Positions 56,290 to 63,692 of a stretch of 64,000 nt of DNA are shown in pieces. The stretch lies in sequence record NC_041911.1. One strand, given 5' to 3'. The notes beneath the pieces were generated by a model. The model saw nothing but the letters and a program-made list of their open reading frames with translations. It ran no database searches and was not told where the DNA came from. Numbering within the stretch: the first letter of the stretch is position 1; every line of letters begins with the position of its first letter. A program made the translations under genes and the position numbers.

Positions 56290-56440
56290 AGCATAAAAGT
56301 CAGGGATTGCTCCCCGACCTCTATGTGCTTCAGTTCATCAACTCACCCCGCTCTCAGAACCTCCCCGGCTAAGAGAAGCCCACGAATGTAAACCAGGTGG
56401 AGGACATCTTAACGTGGTTGCCGTTTCGCGCGTAGCCGAT
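56290..56440 (-). ncRNA. Putative small structured RNA (about 150 nt) between two terminators
   Basis: No ORF; minus-strand pairings GGCUA/UAGCC, CCACG/CGUGG, GAUGU/ACAUU, CUCUUAG/CUGAGAG. Confidence 0.4.
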
Positions 56441-56479
56441 ATACTGATAGCATAAAAGGCTGGGTTTCCCCAGCCTCTT

Positions 56480-56760
56480 ACTTTGTGCCCGGACGGTGTT
56501 CTCTCCTAAGCGAGGTACTATGCGTCCGCATTCGAATTGTAGAAGAAAGCACTGTGTCTCCCGACATGAGTGCAGTCTTGTGGTCACTACTGGCCTAGTG
56601 CTAAAAATAGAAGTGCTTTTCCGAGGTCTCAATGACTCACGGATGTTTCGCCAATGCAGTTCGGCCGTGCAGAGTTCTCATGCCCAAGGGCCTGTGCTGT
56701 GTCCCCGCGATGGGGTTTAATCAGCCGTGTACGACGTTTGAGAACTGTGCTTCGTTTCCA
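56480..56760 (-). ncRNA. Putative structured RNA (about 280 nt) between two terminators
   Basis: No credible ORF; helices 56673-80/56739-46, 56703-15, 56546-53/56612-19, 56585-56600. Confidence 0.45.
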
Positions 56761-56782
56761 CATAACATAGGGTGCTACCCTG

Positions 56783-57223
56783 TTATTTTTTACCCTGACT
56801 ACTCTTGATCTCATTCATCAGCGCTTCGATCTCTTGATTCTGAGCCGGTGTGCGCTTATCCAGTATCTCCAACATCAAGTCGCAGACATACGTTGGTTGA
56901 TTAATGAAATCAGTCCAAGACAGGTGGAAGTGCTGCCCGATGCGTGCATCGAGATATGCTTCCATACGCTCGCGCAAGCGAGAGGCAACAATCGTGTCTT
57001 CGCACCAGTGATGTCTCACCAGCGCGAAGTGATCATTAACCCCTTGGTGGTTGTAAATCCCATACGCCTGCTCATACCGCTCACGCAAGAGGATCTGCAC
57101 GTCGGTACTCACGAAGCGCTTGGGCACTTTCGAGATGTCTTCCGTGTGATCCTCAATGCGAACTCCGTAGCCGAACTTCCAGTCTCCCACATGGGAGACT
57201 GAATTGATTTCGGCATCGGTCAT
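56783..57223 (-). CDS. Possible tail/baseplate assembly chaperone (T4 gp51-like C-terminus)
   Basis: HFHLSWTDFINQPTYVCDLMLEIL resembles the gp51 H..YS..E...M.P.E..IY..LL pattern; coupled to the upstream gene. Confidence 0.45.
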   Translation of the reverse strand: MTDAEINSVSHVGDWKFGYGVRIEDHTEDISKVPKRFVSTDVQILLRERYEQAYGIYNHQGVNDHFALVRHHWCEDTIVASRLRERMEAYLDARIGQHFHLSWTDFINQPTYVCDLMLEILDKRTPAQNQEIEALMNEIKSSQGKK

Positions 57224-58869
57224 CAGCGGCGGCTGATGATAGCGACGCGCTGCGCGAGTAGGGTAAAAAAAGTGTTCACCACATCGATCGGGATCAGGTG
57301 CGGGAAGCGCGGCAGGCCGATTTCCTTACCGCTGGTTTCCGGGATCGCAACCAAGGCGCGAGTGCAATCGTCCTTGAATTTGTTGATCTCGGTTTCCAAC
57401 AGCTTGGTAGCGTCTTCATCGACGGAGAGCACGTCCAGAATGCTTGCGATGTCATCGCGGTTCGTGTTCTCGGTTTCATCGATGATCACCGACTTGATCC
57501 AGGCGCCGTTATTGCGCAGGCGGGAAGCCCGGGCGTGCGTCGAGATCATGCGGTTACGCTCTTCCTGGGTCGGTACGGCTTGGGTGAACGTAGAGTCCAC
57601 CGTGGCCACGATACCGGCAATCCAGTTCTCACCGTCGGCGATGTAGTTGTCGACGTCGGTCGAAGCAATCAGCACGTCCAGACCTTCACGGATCGTAACG
57701 CGACGGCCATCGGCCAGCGACGGAATGAACGTCTGCTGATATTCCTTCACCATCTCCATGGACATCTTGCCGCGATGACGGTTGGCCATGTGGGCACGAT
57801 GGCGCGGTTCGAAGCTGGCGTTGTCCACCCACATCAGCTTACCGAGAGCGATCTTGGCCGAGACGGTTTGGGTGTTCTCGATCCCTTCCTGGGTAGTCAG
57901 GGAACGCACGTAGTCGAAACCACGCGGCCAGATCAAACAAGCCAGACCCCAGAACAGGATGTTCAGGTCTTGGATCTTGATCAGCGGACGCAGTTCCTGA
58001 TGGCTGTCCACACGCACCGAGGTCTCGTAGATGTGCTCGAAGCAGAAGTCGAGCAGCCACGAGTTGATGTAGCTCTGTTCGTTGGAGAACACCAGGCCAA
58101 AGGTCTCACGACCCAGCTCGATCTTCTCTTCTTGCAGACGACGCTGCAATTCAATCAGGCTGCTCTCGGTCGGAGTCTGGAGGGTAATCCAGAAACCGGA
58201 GTGCCAGAGCGGAATCGATACGATACCGCCCAGACCCATGATCGAGCGGACGCGCATGATGCCCTTCTCGCCGGTGTAACCAGCCGCGCCTGCTTCAGCA
58301 ATCTTCGGCACAGAGAAGCCGAGCTTACCCGATTCCGTTTCGAGGAACTGCTTGTAGTCGGAACCATCACGCAGGGTGGTGGATTCGAATCGACCGTCCA
58401 GATAAGCACTGCGGCTAGCTGCAGCCACGATACTCTGGTTCCAGTCGGCGCCAGCGCCGTTCTTGATCGAGTTGGGCGAGACAAAGGCCCGGATGCGCTC
58501 GTCAACAGCAGCACCGCGCTCGGCCAGGAAGAACATCACTTCGGAATTGCCGTCGAGGTCGTTGCGATCTTTCAGCGCCACCGGTTCCTTGAGGTTGTAA
58601 TCCATCGTCAGGGTAACGTGCTTGTTATCCGACGGGCCAGTGGTCATGCCTTCCCAGGCATCGGTAGGAGTTACCAGGCTGAGACCGCCAGAGGTCTGGC
58701 CGACCATAACCGGACGTTCCTTCGGCGCCGCTGCGGCAGGAGTGGGAGTCGCAGCAGCTTGAGTCAGACTCGGAGCGACTGCTTCGGTAATTACAGGCTC
58801 CGGAGAGGCCGGAGCAGAAGAAGTGGCTTGCGCCACCTCCCCTTGTTCGAGTTGTTGGTTGTCGTTCAT
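57223..58869 (-). CDS. Conserved phiKZ-like protein, possibly a baseplate hub assembly protein (gp26-like)
   Basis: Start moved to MNDNQQ (58869); Pro/Ala-rich N-terminus; FWITLQTPTESSLIEL core. Confidence 0.55.
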   Translation of the reverse strand: MNDNQQLEQGEVAQATSSAPASPEPVITEAVAPSLTQAAATPTPAAAAPKERPVMVGQTSGGLSLVTPTDAWEGMTTGPSDNKHVTLTMDYNLKEPVALKDRNDLDGNSEVMFFLAERGAAVDERIRAFVSPNSIKNGAGADWNQSIVAAASRSAYLDGRFESTTLRDGSDYKQFLETESGKLGFSVPKIAEAGAAGYTGEKGIMRVRSIMGLGGIVSIPLWHSGFWITLQTPTESSLIELQRRLQEEKIELGRETFGLVFSNEQSYINSWLLDFCFEHIYETSVRVDSHQELRPLIKIQDLNILFWGLACLIWPRGFDYVRSLTTQEGIENTQTVSAKIALGKLMWVDNASFEPRHRAHMANRHRGKMSMEMVKEYQQTFIPSLADGRRVTIREGLDVLIASTDVDNYIADGENWIAGIVATVDSTFTQAVPTQEERNRMISTHARASRLRNNGAWIKSVIIDETENTNRDDIASILDVLSVDEDATKLLETEINKFKDDCTRALVAIPETSGKEIGLPRFPHLIPIDVVNTFFTLLAQRVAIISRR

Positions 58870-58882
58870 CTTCGGTTTCCGT

Positions 58883-59674
58883 TTACGCGGCGACTTCTTC
58901 GGCCTGCGGAGCGGCCTCGGTCGGGGTCTCGACAGCTTCAGCGCCAGTGACTTCGTGCACAATGGTGCGGATCGAGTTCAGGTTTTCCTGGAGCTTCTGG
59001 TTCAGCTCGGCCGCCAGTTCCGGGTTGACGTGCTGCAGTTCGATCAGCGCTTCTTGCAACTGTTCGGAAGCGTGCACGACCAGCGGCATCAGAGCGCTGT
59101 CGTAACGTTCCATGAAGTTCACGTAGTCGGAGAAGATGGCGCAGGACTCCATCATCTCCGGCTGGCTCTTCGAGCCGCCTTCCTTGTCCTTGTGACCTTC
59201 CTTGATCTTGGCCAACTCTTTGGCCAGCGCCAGCGTGTCGCGATTGATGGCACTGACGTTACGAGCGAGCAGGTTCACGTTACGAACGTGGGAGAGCAGC
59301 TCTTGCTCTTTCAGCAGCGGCACCAGCGCCAGCGAGGTGCGCAGCAGGTCCACGCAGGCCAGATAGATGCCATTGACTTCGTCCCAGGCCTTGTTATCAG
59401 AGAAGTATTGGTCAGCGTGCTTCTGCCAGCTACGCTTCTCACCCTTCTTGGTTTTAGCGTGACCACCCACGGGAGTAGCGACAGCCGCAGCAGCGGCATC
59501 GGCCAGCATCTTGCGAGCACGCGGATTCGGTACGGCTTGTGCGGCGGTCAGCACCTGACCCATCGTGGCCACAGCCGCGACAGCATTCGATTGATGCTGC
59601 AGCTCCTTGAGCTGTGCAGCCTTCGTCTTGGGCCACTTGATGCCCGGATTCTTCGGTTTGTGTTTCTTAGCCAT
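58883..59674 (-). CDS. Conserved helical protein with a Lys-rich N-terminus
   Basis: MAKKHKPKNPGIKWPKTK; coiled-coil core; biased codons. Confidence 0.65.
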   Translation of the reverse strand: MAKKHKPKNPGIKWPKTKAAQLKELQHQSNAVAAVATMGQVLTAAQAVPNPRARKMLADAAAAAVATPVGGHAKTKKGEKRSWQKHADQYFSDNKAWDEVNGIYLACVDLLRTSLALVPLLKEQELLSHVRNVNLLARNVSAINRDTLALAKELAKIKEGHKDKEGGSKSQPEMMESCAIFSDYVNFMERYDSALMPLVVHASEQLQEALIELQHVNPELAAELNQKLQENLNSIRTIVHEVTGAEAVETPTEAAPQAEEVAA

Positions 59675-59853
59675 GATGGTATTTGATAATTCGGGAAGTT
59701 GATGGGAACATGTAATGAGGCGAATCTTTTGAAACGTCTTTTGAAGACGCCGCCATTACCGCACTACAGAATGTTCAAGGCGAGGTAAATAAATACATGC
59801 AAACTATTTACCGTAGTTTTGTGCACCTATACAAAGAGATGAGGATGTAAGAA

Positions 59854-60732
59854 ATGCTCGCTATCCTGCAAGACCACCTTAGCTTGACAGTGCCGCCTGA
59901 ATTGCAGGCACTGTACGAGCGTGCCTGCGATATGTTCGATCAATACGATCTGGAAGACTACCAGCTCGGTTACGAAGATTTGCTGGTAAGCTCCGACGGC
60001 GCAGTCGATCATGCTAGCGTGGCTGATAACGACGCGATCTGGCGCCTGACTATGCAGTACCTTAAACAGATCACCACCGAACACCAGATCACTCTGAGCG
60101 ACGACGCTACGATGCTCAACTACATCGTGGTGCTGGAATTCATCAAACAAATCGAGCGCACCGAACTGATCCAGGAATGTCTGGATGCACTGTCCTGCGA
60201 TGACCTCGACAACGTCGACAAGTTCACCCGCTGCATGTTCGACGTCAGTGGTGTACTGGAAGAAGACAGCATGGTGTTCATGCTGGATATCCCGGATTGC
60301 GTGATCGCTACCATGCGCGAATACTTCTCTCGCCGAGTAGAGCTGGAAGTCGAAACTGAGCGCCTCGATCCTGAGACCAAGGAAGTCTATCGCGAGATGG
60401 ACAAGTACGCTCGGGTAATCCAAGGTCAAGAGATGCGCAGTTACCGTTACCTCTTTGAAGATGAAGGGACTATCGGCCTGCCATTCGAACACCATTACCG
60501 GGAGAACGAGGACTATCTGCTCCAGCTCCCACTCCAAGCCATGATCTACGAATGCATTGGCTATGCACTCGTGTCTGAAGGTGGCGTGGAGAATCCGCAA
60601 CAGGTCATCATGGACTGTGTGGGTAAAACCATCTCTGATCTGGAACGTCTCACCACAATCCAGTACGAAATTTCCAAGACCCTGATCGAATACCGGAATG
60701 AGGTCGCTTCTGGTATTGGCATCGTCATTTAA
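59854..60732 (+). CDS. Conserved acidic phiKZ-like protein upstream of the RNAP subunit
   Basis: 292 aa, co-oriented with the beta' fragment as in phiKZ-like genomes. Confidence 0.65.
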   Translation: MLAILQDHLSLTVPPELQALYERACDMFDQYDLEDYQLGYEDLLVSSDGAVDHASVADNDAIWRLTMQYLKQITTEHQITLSDDATMLNYIVVLEFIKQIERTELIQECLDALSCDDLDNVDKFTRCMFDVSGVLEEDSMVFMLDIPDCVIATMREYFSRRVELEVETERLDPETKEVYREMDKYARVIQGQEMRSYRYLFEDEGTIGLPFEHHYRENEDYLLQLPLQAMIYECIGYALVSEGGVENPQQVIMDCVGKTISDLERLTTIQYEISKTLIEYRNEVASGIGIVI

Positions 60733-60741
60733 AGTCCCGTT

Positions 60742-62070
60742 ATGAACAAGCGTGAGTTTTATCTCAAAGCTCTAGCCTCCGAGGCTTACCTCGTGACGGC
60801 CTGGAACATTGCTTGCTTCAGTCTGATTGCCGAAGGGCCGGAAGACTGGAAAGCCAAGCCCTATCCGTATCGACTGGTGCAACTCCCCAACGCGCACTAC
60901 TTCGTCGATCCTGAAGACACCACCAAACTGGTGTTGATCGAAGACAGCACACCCGGCAAACCACTCTTTGTCCGCAATGAGCTGGTGCAGCTTGAACCCG
61001 GCGATATGCCGAACGTGTTTGCTCCGATTACCACCACGTACGGTAACGTGCTGGCCAACCAGATCATGCTGGTGCGTCCGTTCGGTGGGAAGATCGGTTT
61101 TATGACTGGCCGTATCTCGACCAAGAAGATCGAGAAGATCATCGAGATGCGGTTGCAGGATCGTCCGGCGGCTGAACTGGTAGATGGCAATCAGCCCGAA
61201 CCAGATTTGGCACTGGCCCCGATCTACGTAGATGAGTATCAGCGCTACTGCGACGGAGCTTTCTCACTGGTAGCCTATACCCAGCTGTTCACTCCAGCCG
61301 ATACCCGCAAGACCATGACACCGCCACCGGGTATCAAGCAACTGCGTGATATGCTGGTCAAGCAGAACGCTGGTCACCTGCATGACCGTGCTGTGGTGGC
61401 TGAGATCGCCGAGAAACTCCAAAAGGTCGATGCTGACTACCTGAAGGGCGATCGTGGTGAAGACTTCCTGACTTCTGACAAGTCCCGCAAGATCGTGCGC
61501 TCACGTCTGTTCCTGATGTACGGTGCGGAAACCGGCATTGAAGAAAAGGTGGACGTGGATCTGATCGAACGCTCACTCACGGAAGGCTGGGACGTTAACA
61601 AGTTCCCGACCATGAACAATGCTCTGCGTGCAGGCTCGTTCAACCGTGGTAAGCAAACCGAGCTGGGTGGCGAAGCTGTGAAGGATCTGTTCAGAGCTTC
61701 GGGTAACCTGAAGATCTCCAGTCCTGACTGTGGCTCCACCGTAGGTCTGCCTTCCTTCTTCACTGAACAAGACGCTGAACGCATCATCGGCTTCAGTGTG
61801 ATTGAAGAAGGTGGCCCGACCAAGATCACGCATGACAACGTCGGTAAGTATCTGGGCAAAGCAATTTCGCTCCGTTCTCCGATGACCTGCAAGAACAGTC
61901 ACACTGACTACTGTGCAGTGTGTCTGGGTGATCGTCTGGCTAACACTCCGACTGGTCTGTCGATGGCTGTGGCTGATTATGGTTCTGCCTTCTTGGCGAT
62001 CTACATGTCTGCCGCTCACTCGAAAGGTATTCAGGTAGCACGTCTGAATATCAAAGACCAGCTGATGTAG
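60742..62070 (+). CDS. Virion RNA polymerase beta'-like subunit fragment (phiKZ gp80-like)
   Basis: Bridge-helix-like GSFNRGKQTELGGEAVKDL; Zn site DCG...LRSPMTC.....C..CLG; trigger-loop-like GLSMAVADYGSAFLAIYMSAAHSKG. Confidence 0.88.
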   Translation: MNKREFYLKALASEAYLVTAWNIACFSLIAEGPEDWKAKPYPYRLVQLPNAHYFVDPEDTTKLVLIEDSTPGKPLFVRNELVQLEPGDMPNVFAPITTTYGNVLANQIMLVRPFGGKIGFMTGRISTKKIEKIIEMRLQDRPAAELVDGNQPEPDLALAPIYVDEYQRYCDGAFSLVAYTQLFTPADTRKTMTPPPGIKQLRDMLVKQNAGHLHDRAVVAEIAEKLQKVDADYLKGDRGEDFLTSDKSRKIVRSRLFLMYGAETGIEEKVDVDLIERSLTEGWDVNKFPTMNNALRAGSFNRGKQTELGGEAVKDLFRASGNLKISSPDCGSTVGLPSFFTEQDAERIIGFSVIEEGGPTKITHDNVGKYLGKAISLRSPMTCKNSHTDYCAVCLGDRLANTPTGLSMAVADYGSAFLAIYMSAAHSKGIQVARLNIKDQLM

Positions 62071-62099
62071 GGCAAAAAAAAAATAGCAAGATAGGCTAG

Positions 62100-62137
62100 G
62101 CTAGAGTACCCCTTCCGGGGTACTCTAGTTATGCCGC
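62100..62137. terminator. Bidirectional terminator with TATGCCG tail
   Basis: GCTAGAGTACCC-CTTCC-GGGGTACTCTAGT-TATGCCG. Confidence 0.8.
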
Positions 62138-62159
62138 TTTATTTAGAATTAGTTAGTTA

Positions 62160-62330
62160 TTAAACACCACCGCAGTCCGGACAGCAATCATAACCTACTG
62201 CACCAGGTCCATACATTTCTTCGTACGGGATCAAGGGCTTGGTTGAACCACAATACCCACACCGGTATTGGTAGACGGTATCCGTTTCTTTTTCCAAAGA
62301 TGTTTCTTTTGTTTCGTGGTTCGTGCACAT
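62160..62330 (-). CDS. Small protein (56 aa) with C-terminal CCPDC
   Basis: AAGGGA RBS; MCTNHETKE...GYDCCPDCGGV; downstream of promoter motif copy 2. Confidence 0.5.
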   Translation of the reverse strand: MCTNHETKETSLEKETDTVYQYRCGYCGSTKPLIPYEEMYGPGAVGYDCCPDCGGV

Positions 62331-62393
62331 GCTGGTTCCCTTCCTATTTAGAATTAGAATTTAAACCATATCCGTTTATGGTTCACACTGAGT

Positions 62394-62419
62394 ATATGTG
62401 GTTGAAATAAATTTCATTT
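62394..62419 (-). promoter_or_regulatory. Phage promoter-like motif AAATGA-N6-TTTCAACCACATAT (copy 2)
   Basis: Matches 25580-25605. Confidence 0.6.
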
Positions 62420-62422
62420 AAC

Positions 62423-62454
62423 CGGCATAAAGGGAGGGCCGAAGCCCTCCCCTC
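62423..62454 (-). terminator. Terminator of the ligase gene, ending TTTATGCCG
   Basis: CGGCATAAAGGGAGGGC-CGAA-GCCCTCCCCT. Confidence 0.8.
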
Positions 62455-62459
62455 GTTAC

Positions 62460-63026
62460 TTAGTACGGAAAATCAGCCTTCTTGATCTTCACCATGCGAC
62501 CATCAGCGTGATGCCACACGATGCCCTCAATCGGCTTATCACTCAGGTAGTCCATCAGTTCATTAAAGCTGCGCGGGCAATCCACCAGCACGTCTTCTCC
62601 GTGAGGCACTAGCACGTGTTCAGTGAGTTGCTCCGGATTGGCTCCATGACGAGTACCAATCTTCGGACCACACACTTCATACGTCCCGTCAGGCACGCCT
62701 TGCGGATACCTAGAGACCGCTTTGTCGATCGCTTCACGGATATAAACGGAGTCAGGACCAGTAGCAGGCACCCAACCCGGCCAGTGTCCACTGATAGGGT
62801 CCGGATTAGGCTGAGCAGGAACAAAGTCTAGAGGCGGAGTACGCCCAGTCTTTGCATCGTAACGCTTAAACACATTACCTGCCTTAACCATAACAGCTAC
62901 GCCATCCCACTTACGAGTAGCACAGCCTTCCCCTTCCTGTACCCATTCTGCACCAGCACAGACTTCGTCACGAACTTTACGGTTACCTTCGTAGTTACGC
63001 TGAAACAGCGAAATGATTTTCTTCAC
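62460..63026 (-). CDS. Compact ATP-dependent RNA-ligase-like nucleotidyltransferase (188 aa; DUF5565/RLIG1-like)
   Basis: GTG start with GAAGGAAG RBS (KKIISLFQR); motif I ATRKWDG, motif III YEVCGP, motif IV EGIVW, motif V RMVKIK. Confidence 0.75.
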   Translation of the reverse strand: MKKIISLFQRNYEGNRKVRDEVCAGAEWVQEGEGCATRKWDGVAVMVKAGNVFKRYDAKTGRTPPLDFVPAQPNPDPISGHWPGWVPATGPDSVYIREAIDKAVSRYPQGVPDGTYEVCGPKIGTRHGANPEQLTEHVLVPHGEDVLVDCPRSFNELMDYLSDKPIEGIVWHHADGRMVKIKKADFPY

Positions 63027-63101
63027 GATACTTCCTTCGGTAGGTTTCGATAATTTTTCGAATCCCATCTCCACCACCGAAGTTACTTCTACTGCTACTG
63101 C

Positions 63102-63127
63102 CAGCATAAGCGAGAGGTTTCCCTCCC
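63102..63127 (-). terminator. Terminator after the tRNA-like RNA, ending TTATGCTG
   Basis: Minus strand: GGGAGG-GAAA-CCTCTC-GC-TTATGCTG. Confidence 0.7.
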
Positions 63128-63134
63128 GCCTACG

Positions 63135-63342
63135 GTTAGGTTGTTTGGTCATTGCTTTCTGAGGGAGGATTCGAACCTCCAATTTTGGTCTGAGACCGGA
63201 CCCAACGACAGGCCGACTGTGTTGCTGCGTCCGAGAACGCAACCCTTGCTAGAATTCACAGCCCTGCAGATTTCCTCTTCCAGCCCTAAGGCGTTCAAGT
63301 ACAGTCCACGTGTATACCAATTCCACCACTCATCAACCTAAC
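63135..63342 (-). ncRNA. tRNA-like RNA (class II, Leu-type D arm) with a 102-nt structured domain replacing the anticodon loop and a remodelled acceptor stem
   Basis: D arm GUG-GAAUUGGUAUA-CAC; anticodon stem UGGAC/GUCCG; variable hairpin GGUC-UCA-GACC; T arm GGAGG-UUCGAAU-CCUCC; outer helix GUUAGGUUG/CAACCUAAC. Confidence 0.75.
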
Positions 63343-63392
63343 GGAGAGACCTACGGTTTCTCCCTATCAAATTAACCAACCCTGTAAAAAAG

Positions 63393-63692
63393 TTACATAC
63401 TGGTCAAGATCTTCTCCGACAGCACCACGACCGGAGAATACATCTTGAGTGTCTTCTCATGGTCATTCCCTTCTTCGAGCTTCAGCTCGCTCAAGGTGTA
63501 CTCGTTCTCGACCATGACCTCGACGTGGTCTTGCAACAGGTCTTTGATCATGGAGAGAATAGCAGTCTTGCCACTACCGATCTTTCCTTCGATCGTGATC
63601 TTTACAATCGGCTTAGCATTGCCAGCCAACAGCACGTCATCAGCAAGACTGATGACAGGAGTCTGACGAACTGCGGGTTCTTGATTCTGCAT
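63393..63692 (-). CDS. Minimal P-loop NTPase/kinase-like protein (99 aa)
   Basis: AAAGGAG RBS; ITIEGKIGSGKTAI Walker A. Confidence 0.6.
   Translation of the reverse strand: MQNQEPAVRQTPVISLADDVLLAGNAKPIVKITIEGKIGSGKTAILSMIKDLLQDHVEVMVENEYTLSELKLEEGNDHEKTLKMYSPVVVLSEKILTSM

Noticed and set aside
57180-57201. Perfect 9-bp hairpin CAGTCTCCC-ACAT-GGGAGACTG
   Set aside because: Single instance inside a coding region without a U-tract or heptamer tail; may be chance.
63027-63242. N-terminal 72-aa extension of the ligase ORF given in the track
   Set aside because: It runs through the tRNA-like RNA and a terminator; GTG at 63026 has a good RBS and begins the conserved-looking KKIISLF segment.
63202-63303. 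Group I intron or tmRNA interpretation of the tRNA insert
   Set aside because: 102 nt is too short for a group I core and no P7-like motifs were seen. The paired D stem, lack of a G-U alanine acceptor and lack of a tag frame ending in a stop argue against tmRNA.
63157-63335. Ordinary functional tRNA-Leu or tRNA-Tyr call
   Set aside because: The acceptor stem has only 4 contiguous pairs and no canonical 7-nt anticodon loop can be rebuilt with confidence; listed as ncRNA instead.
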